Assembly: GCA_040755895.1 (NCBI GenBank)
Contig: JBFMAG010000134.1
Coordinates: 1-38,544 of the forward strand
Length of the DNA: 38,544 nucleotides
From: Actinomycetota bacterium
GTDB taxonomy: Bacteria > Actinomycetota > Aquicultoria > Subteraquimicrobiales > Subteraquimicrobiaceae
Direction of reading: 5' to 3'
Numbering within the stretch: position 1 is the stretch's first letter; each line of letters begins with the position of its first letter. The notes under the pieces are model-generated. The model saw only the letters and a program-made list of their open reading frames with translations, did no database searches and was not told where the DNA came from. The position numbers and the translations under genes were made by a program. Positions 33,343 through 38,544 of this stretch are shown piece by piece.

Positions 33343-34793
33343 GACCCTTGCCCCTTAATTTTTTTCTCGACAAACTTGGCATCAATGGCGGGATAGCCAG
33401 CCAGTTTCCCTTCCTCGATCAATCTCCCCGAATTAGATAAAATCCCCAAGGCATCTCCATTCAAAAGACTAACCATCTCCTTGACGCCATCTTCAGAAAA
33501 GGGATATAACTCATTGAGCCCCTTGCTTTTCATATTTTCCAATTCTTGACTCCGATAAAAATCCGATTTGAGGAAACTGGTGAGCAAATCGGTTGCTTGT
33601 TTATGATCGATAGGGGTGGAAATATCGAGATAGCATAAACTGAGATCCAAAGATATCTCCAGCCGCCCGCTCAGATATTCCTCTCCTATTTGTTCAATAA
33701 GATAAGGAAGACAGGCGAAAGTTAATAGACTCTTGCCCGCGGATAGCCACTTTAATTCGGCAACTGCCCCGAAAAACATCGCTCTTTCTGAATCCTCAAG
33801 AGCAGTCCATCCTTCGAGTTGATCGATGAAGATCACCACTTTCTCATAAAAAGCCAGAATGAGTTGCAACAGACCGGGGAGCGTCTCCCGATAGTCCACT
33901 ATCGATTGGAGCCTGGAATGTCCCTCGCTAAATCCCTCTTTGACGGCTAAGGTAATAGCTTCTTTAATTTGAGAGCCAAATTGAGTTTTTTCCAAGGCAC
34001 CCTCGATGAATTTAACCAGATTTTCCCTCATCTCCCTACGTTTCTTCTCCTCTTCAGTCTCCTCCTTAACCTCCTCCTCTTGCTCTTCCGCCTCGGGTTT
34101 TACCGCTTCCCCCTCTTCAGCCTCTTTCGCTTCTTCTACCCCTTCACGCTCTTCCCGTTTTCCCTCCTCAGCTTCCTCAACCTCCTCCGCCTCCTCTCCC
34201 TCTTCAACCTCCTCTTTCTTCTCAGCTTCTTTCTCCTCTTCCTCGATAAATAGGATCTGATCTAACGCTTGTCCCTCCGTCTCATTCATATCCTTGAGGA
34301 GCTTTGTGATATCCACATCCGGCAAAACCTCAGGGGCTTTGCCACTAGCCTGGAGTTTCTTTAGCTCTTCGTAAATGAAGGCATATACGCATCTCCGAAA
34401 ATGCATCTCGATGAACCGATCCATGATTATCTTAAAGATACCCTGAAGTGGATTTTCATAAATCAAGGGTAAGGGGATATAAACTGGGAATAGGCGTGGG
34501 GTTTTAGATTCAAAAATGGTGCGGAACAGACCACTCATGACCGAGATGTTATACTCCCCCGAAGCTTTTGCATCCTTTAAGATCCAAACGTTAGGAGCCT
34601 TTGGCTCTTTGACAAGAGTTTTTATCAAAGAAAGTACCTTGTTGGTCTCTTTTTTACATATCTCCTTCGTAAATAGGCTCCTTTTATCCTCGCCTTCTTC
34701 GATAACTTCAGGTGGGAAAGGATTCTTCCCCAAGAAATATTGGGGATACTCTACAGCTTCGACGGCTTCCCTTCTCTCAAAGAATTCCTCCAT
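33339..34793 (-). CDS. AAA/Orc-like protein with degenerate P-loop and large acidic insertion
   Basis: 484-aa ORF. The N-terminus (YFLGKNPF) and a Walker-B-like segment (VVIFIDQLEGW) fit an AAA/STAND-like fold. A GxxxxGK[ST] motif would be expected around WILKDAKASGEYNISV, but none is present. There is a ~90-aa Glu/Lys-rich insert. Confidence 0.5.
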   Translation of the reverse strand: MEEFFERREAVEAVEYPQYFLGKNPFPPEVIEEGEDKRSLFTKEICKKETNKVLSLIKTLVKEPKAPNVWILKDAKASGEYNISVMSGLFRTIFESKTPRLFPVYIPLPLIYENPLQGIFKIIMDRFIEMHFRRCVYAFIYEELKKLQASGKAPEVLPDVDITKLLKDMNETEGQALDQILFIEEEEKEAEKKEEVEEGEEAEEVEEAEEGKREEREGVEEAKEAEEGEAVKPEAEEQEEEVKEETEEEKKRREMRENLVKFIEGALEKTQFGSQIKEAITLAVKEGFSEGHSRLQSIVDYRETLPGLLQLILAFYEKVVIFIDQLEGWTALEDSERAMFFGAVAELKWLSAGKSLLTFACLPYLIEQIGEEYLSGRLEISLDLSLCYLDISTPIDHKQATDLLTSFLKSDFYRSQELENMKSKGLNELYPFSEDGVKEMVSLLNGDALGILSNSGRLIEEGKLAGYPAIDAKFVEKKIKGQGS

Positions 34794-34822
34794 TTTAGAT
34801 CAAGCCTCCACGCCTGGATTTA

Positions 34823-35716
34823 CTAGATTTTTTTGGATATGGCGACTATATCACCATAAACTTTCTTAGGATGCGTTGAGGAATATATTTCCACCGCAAA
34901 GATTAGACCGTCCCGACGCCAGGTAAGAACCGCGAATTGACGACCATCCGTGCCAAAGTAACAAGAACGACCATCCACGGTGACATCGCGGCTATCTGCG
35001 GGGTAGTACCATTTTATCTCCTTTTCCATTAGGGCTTCAGCGTCCTCCGGTCTCCCACCCTGCCGTACCATTATGGTGAGAAATTTCACCCTCGACTCGG
35101 TTTTTTGGGGCTTGAAAACCCTGTTCGCGGAGAGCACGTCCTCATGCTCAGAATAAAGGGTATACCCCTCAAGAGCCTTTGGTATGAGGGAAAGGAGTGG
35201 ACCGGTAAAAGCCTCACCCTCAGAGGGTGGCGGAGCGCCTGGGGGACTTGGTGCTGGCTCCGCACCGGGTTCAGTTCCAGGTTCAGTGCCTGGTCCAGTT
35301 CCTGGAGCCGGAGCTTCGCCTTCCTCCACAGCAATGGCTCTCTCTACCTTCTCCAATTTCTTCTGAGTATCCTTAAACTTTAGATCCAGACTCCGCACCT
35401 GGTCAAGCAATCTTCGACCCGCCTCAAGATCGCCCTTGCCTAAAGCCTCCAAGGCTTGCTTGTAAAGCTTCTCGCAGACTTTGTGCTTATCGCAAATCGC
35501 CTTAGCAATTTTTACTTTGTACCTTCCCGCCTTCCACCTGGGAACTTTGATGAGCTTGGTATTATCCTTGATTACATGTCCGTATCTGCATAAAAGCTTT
35601 GAACCGATTCTCACCTTGACCGGTTGGAAGGCAAAAGCCAAACCGGAGATTAAACCAGCTATAATCGCCAAAACAATTATGTATTTAACCCTACGTGTTA
35701 ATTTAATCCTTATCAT
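34823..35716 (-). CDS. Membrane-anchored hypothetical protein, paralog A
   Basis: About 297 aa from the ATG at 35716 (MIRIKLTRRVKYIIVLAIIAGL...); the track ORF starts 14 codons earlier without an SD. It has the same architecture as 32473-33342 (LLCRYGHVIKDNTKLIKVPRW...ICDKHKVCEKLY, Pro/Gly/Glu-rich linker, related C-terminal domain). Confidence 0.7.
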   Translation of the reverse strand: MIRIKLTRRVKYIIVLAIIAGLISGLAFAFQPVKVRIGSKLLCRYGHVIKDNTKLIKVPRWKAGRYKVKIAKAICDKHKVCEKLYKQALEALGKGDLEAGRRLLDQVRSLDLKFKDTQKKLEKVERAIAVEEGEAPAPGTGPGTEPGTEPGAEPAPSPPGAPPPSEGEAFTGPLLSLIPKALEGYTLYSEHEDVLSANRVFKPQKTESRVKFLTIMVRQGGRPEDAEALMEKEIKWYYPADSRDVTVDGRSCYFGTDGRQFAVLTWRRDGLIFAVEIYSSTHPKKVYGDIVAISKKI

Positions 35717-35818
35717 CCCGATCTCACTTTGAGCTACTAAGCTGTAAGGATTAAGCATTAAGCTTTTTGATTAAACCATTCTTGCGAGCCGACACATCGG
35801 GCGTGACAACCCAATGAA

Positions 35819-35904
35819 GTCATTGCGAGGCGAAGCCGTGACAATCCCAAGAAAGACCACTGTAACATGAGGATTGCTTCGGGATTTATGTCCCTCGCAA
35901 TGAC
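35819..35904. repeat. REP/MITE-like palindromic element (GTCATTGCGAGG family)
   Basis: The outer inverted repeat is GTCATTGCGAGG (35819-35830) and CCTCGCAATGAC (35893-35904). The inner part contains GGATTGCTTCGGG. It belongs to the same family as 37981-38096. Confidence 0.7.
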
Positions 35905-36067
35905 AAGCGAAAAAGGGACAGTTCTATTTTCGCACAAAACAATTTTTTGTAATCTTGAATCCTGAATCCTTAAGAATTAATTCGCCCTTCTACCTCGTGT
36001 TTCCTCCTAACTCCATTTAAGATTAACAGATTTTTAACACAATTGCAGCACCCGATGAGCTTCGAGC

Positions 36068-36607
36068 TTAAAGCTTGTGGCTTGGGGCTTCAGACTTGGA
36101 GCTTGTGCCCAGAGCAATATGCAGGGTCGAAATAAGAATGGAGAAAGCGACGAAGACGAGAGTGAAAATGGAGCCCAAAACTTGAGGAATATTTGCTATT
36201 TTATATTCCACCAAATAAACATAGGGTGAACCAATGGCGTGCTGAATTTCTGCAGGAATCGAAGGCAGCCATGAAAAAATCGACGTCCTTCCCGCAAGCC
36301 ACAGGCACAAAATGAGAAAGCCGCTGAAGACAGACCAGCTTAAGCACTCCAAGTGAGTAAACCCTTTTTGGAATCTCAAAGCAGTGACGGTATTCACCAC
36401 TCCCGCCAGGAGAAGCAGATAGCCTCCAACCGTTGCATAGGCGTAAGTCCAAAACCACCTTTGATAAAGTGCTCCGCTATCCAGATATCCCCTTATGAAG
36501 CTCGACTTCACAGTGAAGAACAAAGCAATTACAGCGAAAATCAGGCTCCCTATGGCAAAGAATATGAGACATGCACGCACCAGTCTTTCCATACTAAATC
36601 CCCACAT
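36068..36607 (-). CDS. Hypothetical polytopic membrane protein
   Basis: 179-aa ORF (alternative start MERLVRA at 36592) with about 5 hydrophobic helices. I recognise no family. Confidence 0.55.
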   Translation of the reverse strand: MWGFSMERLVRACLIFFAIGSLIFAVIALFFTVKSSFIRGYLDSGALYQRWFWTYAYATVGGYLLLLAGVVNTVTALRFQKGFTHLECLSWSVFSGFLILCLWLAGRTSIFSWLPSIPAEIQHAIGSPYVYLVEYKIANIPQVLGSIFTLVFVAFSILISTLHIALGTSSKSEAPSHKL

Positions 36608-36610
36608 ACT

Positions 36611-36643
36611 GGCTTCCAGCTATCAGCTTCCAGCATTCAGCTT
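36611..36643. repeat. AGCTGATAGC-type short repeat, inverted orientation
   Basis: The plus strand reads GGCTTCCAGCTATCAGCTTCCAGCATTCAGCTT. Its reverse complement (AAGCTGAATGCTGGAAGCTGATAGC...) closely matches 28267-28292. Confidence 0.6.
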
Positions 36644-36930
36644 ATTAAAATCTTTCTCGATGCAATGTAAAGAAATTGTACATATTCTTTATCCGATTCC
36701 CTTGCTGAACCCTCTGCGATGTTGGCAGGTACCGATACCGCCGCTCTTCTCATCTGAGAAGTTAATCCAAAGGTTTCACCTTAGGAAAATGCCTTGTTGC
36801 TCTATAAACTGTTATTGTAAGTTTATCCGCCAATTGCATGCTCTTAATTTAGTATAACCTCTGCCCATTACCCGCTCCTTTCCCATGTTGATGAGAATTA
36901 CCCTCGTTCGCATTCAAATCTTTACTAAAA

Positions 36931-36961
36931 AGCTGATAGCTGATAGCCGAGAGCTGATAGC
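36931..36961. repeat. AGCTGATAGC-type short tandem repeat at a gene 3' end
   Basis: AGCTGATAGCTGATAGCCGAGAGCTGATAGC lies immediately downstream of the glycosyltransferase stop (36966). Confidence 0.6.
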
Positions 36962-36965
36962 TTAT

Positions 36966-37940
36966 TTAGGTGAGGTTATAGGCGCGTTCCCACATCCAAA
37001 CATTCTTTTCTATGGTTCGCGTCTGGGCATATTCTCTAGCCTTCCGCCCTAATTTCAGACGTAAATCGGGATTCTCTATCAACCTCCGCAGGAATTTCAT
37101 CCAATCTTTAGGATTTTGAGCTAAAAAACCATTCTCGCCGTGGACAATGCTCTTCATATAAGGTATGACCTTGGATGCCACCACGGGGAGTTCAACCATG
37201 CCATATTCTATGAACTTAAGATCGCTTTTACAGCGGTTGAATTGAGTATCCACAAGAGGAGCGATTCCTATGTCGTATTTCGAAAGTAACTTTGCGTATT
37301 CCTCGAGCCTGACGGGTTTGAGAATTTTCATTCGCTCATGCTCTTTGAAGGGATACTCGCGCATCCCAACAACGTGTAATTCCACCTGGGGATAGTCATT
37401 CAATATCTGCTCTATTGTACCCCTCAAAATTTCGAGATCGCTCCAGTGATGGGCTCCTCCCGCCCACCCTATGATTACTTTGCCATCCTCTCGGGACTCG
37501 TGCTTCACCTGCCAGTACTCTGAGGGCAACATATTTGGGAGCACGACAACATTTTTATTGTATTGCCTTAGGAGCTCTGCCAAATAGGGTGTGGATGTCG
37601 TCACCAGCTGGCATGCTTTTAAAGCTGCCTCTACGGCTCGTAATTTTCTTGGATCGCTCCAGAAATTGTATGCGGGACTTGCTCTATCGATATGCCAGAG
37701 ATCATCATCCAACTCATAGACGGTTAATTTACCCAGGCTATTAGCATAATCGATGGCGCGCAAGGAGCTTGCGATGAACTGCCTTTGGAAGATGATTATG
37801 TCGAATTCTTTAACGCGATTTACCGTCAAGAAGTCATTGAGCACCACATGATGCCCGCGCTTCTTCAGCTCCACACCGGGCACGTGACAACGATACCAGG
37901 CGCATCCCCAAAATTCCGGAACTAGATAGAAAATACGCAT
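36966..37940 (-). CDS. GT-B fold glycosyltransferase (GT1/GT4-like)
   Basis: About 324 aa from the ATG at 37940 (MRIFYLVPEF..., AGGTGG SD 8 nt upstream). The C-terminal segment FIEYGMVELPVVASKV...ENGFL fits the sugar-donor-binding region. The track start at 37985 lies inside a REP-like repeat. Confidence 0.7.
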   Translation of the reverse strand: MRIFYLVPEFWGCAWYRCHVPGVELKKRGHHVVLNDFLTVNRVKEFDIIIFQRQFIASSLRAIDYANSLGKLTVYELDDDLWHIDRASPAYNFWSDPRKLRAVEAALKACQLVTTSTPYLAELLRQYNKNVVVLPNMLPSEYWQVKHESREDGKVIIGWAGGAHHWSDLEILRGTIEQILNDYPQVELHVVGMREYPFKEHERMKILKPVRLEEYAKLLSKYDIGIAPLVDTQFNRCKSDLKFIEYGMVELPVVASKVIPYMKSIVHGENGFLAQNPKDWMKFLRRLIENPDLRLKLGRKAREYAQTRTIEKNVWMWERAYNLT

Positions 37941-37980
37941 TTTAACCCACCTATTTCGGTTTTCGAAAAATGAACCCTTT

Positions 37981-38096
37981 GTCATTGCGAGGGACGTCAG
38001 TCCCGAAGCAATCTGACCCGAAGGTCATTCCGAGTGGAATCAAGAGATTGCTTCGTCGCTTCGCTCCTCGCAATGACGAGACTCAGTCGCAATGAC
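37981..38096. repeat. REP/MITE-like palindromic element (GTCATTGCGAGG family)
   Basis: The outer inverted repeat is GTCATTGCGAGG (37981-37992) and CCTCGCAATGAC (38066-38077). The inner inverted repeat is GAAGCAATC and GATTGCTTC. An extra half-site TCGCAATGAC lies at 38087-38096. Confidence 0.7.
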
Positions 38097-38127
38097 ACTC
38101 TACCGAAGGTCGCTCGTCGAACATCGC

Positions 38128-38544
38128 TCATCGTTTTACGGGTTTGCAGATTATCACCGTTCGCCACTTCGTGTATATCGTTGGCGACCATGTAGAAACG
38201 CAGGTTATCAAGGTGAGCTGTTCACGATGGGTATCTCTATAGAGCTTTGGGTTACTGATCTCCAGTTTTTTCTTCTCCTCCACTTTATACACGTATTTCT
38301 TGCCATTATAAAAGACGTAGACTTTGGCACCTTTTCTTAGCACATCGAGGAGGCTAAAGAAACTTTGCTTACCCCAGAGTCCGAACTCAGCGAGGTTATG
38401 TCCCTCGAGGATGCAATTTCCCTCCTCGCCGGGATAGGCGGTACCCGATATGTGTCCCACTCCTTGGGTCAGAGCTTTCGAGGTTATGCCTTCCACAATG
38501 GGGGCATCAACGAGCACCGAAGGGATAATGATTCGATTATCTTT
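38128..38544 (-). CDS. Sortase-family transpeptidase, 5'-truncated by the window edge
   Basis: The reading frame is open to the window end (...KDNRIIIPSVLVDAPIVEG...). It has GNCILEGH, the catalytic TLITC motif and a downstream Arg. The track start at 38517 is an internal GTG. Confidence 0.8.
   Translation of the reverse strand, partial: KDNRIIIPSVLVDAPIVEGITSKALTQGVGHISGTAYPGEEGNCILEGHNLAEFGLWGKQSFFSLLDVLRKGAKVYVFYNGKKYVYKVEEKKKLEISNPKLYRDTHREQLTLITCVSTWSPTIYTKWRTVIICKPVKR

Noticed and set aside
36931-36961. A CRISPR array, suggested by the short AGCTGATAGC repeats.
   Set aside because: The units are about 10 nt long and directly abutting, with no spacers of regular length. There are no cas genes in the window.
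37997-38191. 64-aa ORF (...RLSLVIARSEATKQSLDS...).
   Set aside because: It lies entirely within the REP/MITE-like palindromic element. The peptide is the characteristic translation of that repeat.

Overview
All but one of the supported genes in this 38.5-kb bacterial window lie on the minus strand, and most have strong GGAGG-type Shine-Dalgarno sites. The dominant theme is metal and tetrapyrrole handling. All family names below come from motif recognition by eye; no database search or folding program was run.

Gene content in minus-strand transcription order:
- Partial sortase, a GT-B glycosyltransferase and a small membrane protein.
- Two paralogous membrane-anchored proteins flanking a P-loop-degenerate AAA/Orc-like protein. 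This is followed by a 1322-aa DNRLRE/Ig-like/multihaem (15 CxxCH) protein.
- A GEMM-I (c-di-GMP-I) riboswitch in front of a secreted HExxH protein.
- A TusA-like/YedE/DUF3343/ribokinase-like/His-rich peptide operon, probably sulfur or selenium trafficking.
- A signal-peptide ORF, then a 1767-aa CobN-family protein, a CPC-motif membrane protein, a MotA/ExbB-type channel and an ExbD-like DUF2149-type protein.
- A ChlD-like/ChlI-like/CobN class-I chelatase fused into one operon with a complete ECF importer.
- On the plus strand, a DUF5667-like secreted protein.
- fur-feoA-feoB-DUF364, a DUF123/GIY-YIG-like gene and a MerR regulator.

Main candidate for an undescribed system: the CobN-family giant paired with a proton-channel (ExbB/ExbD-like) module instead of AAA+ partners.
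- A near-identical ~160-nt promoter/leader module precedes both this operon and the ATP-driven chelatase-ECF operon.
- An in-frame TAG-ATG junction links the signal-peptide ORF to the giant CobN ORF.
- A perfect 31-bp tandem duplication in the signal-peptide ORF sets the reading frame.

Several REP/MITE-like palindromic repeat families are present. No rRNA, tRNA, CRISPR array or transposase was seen.
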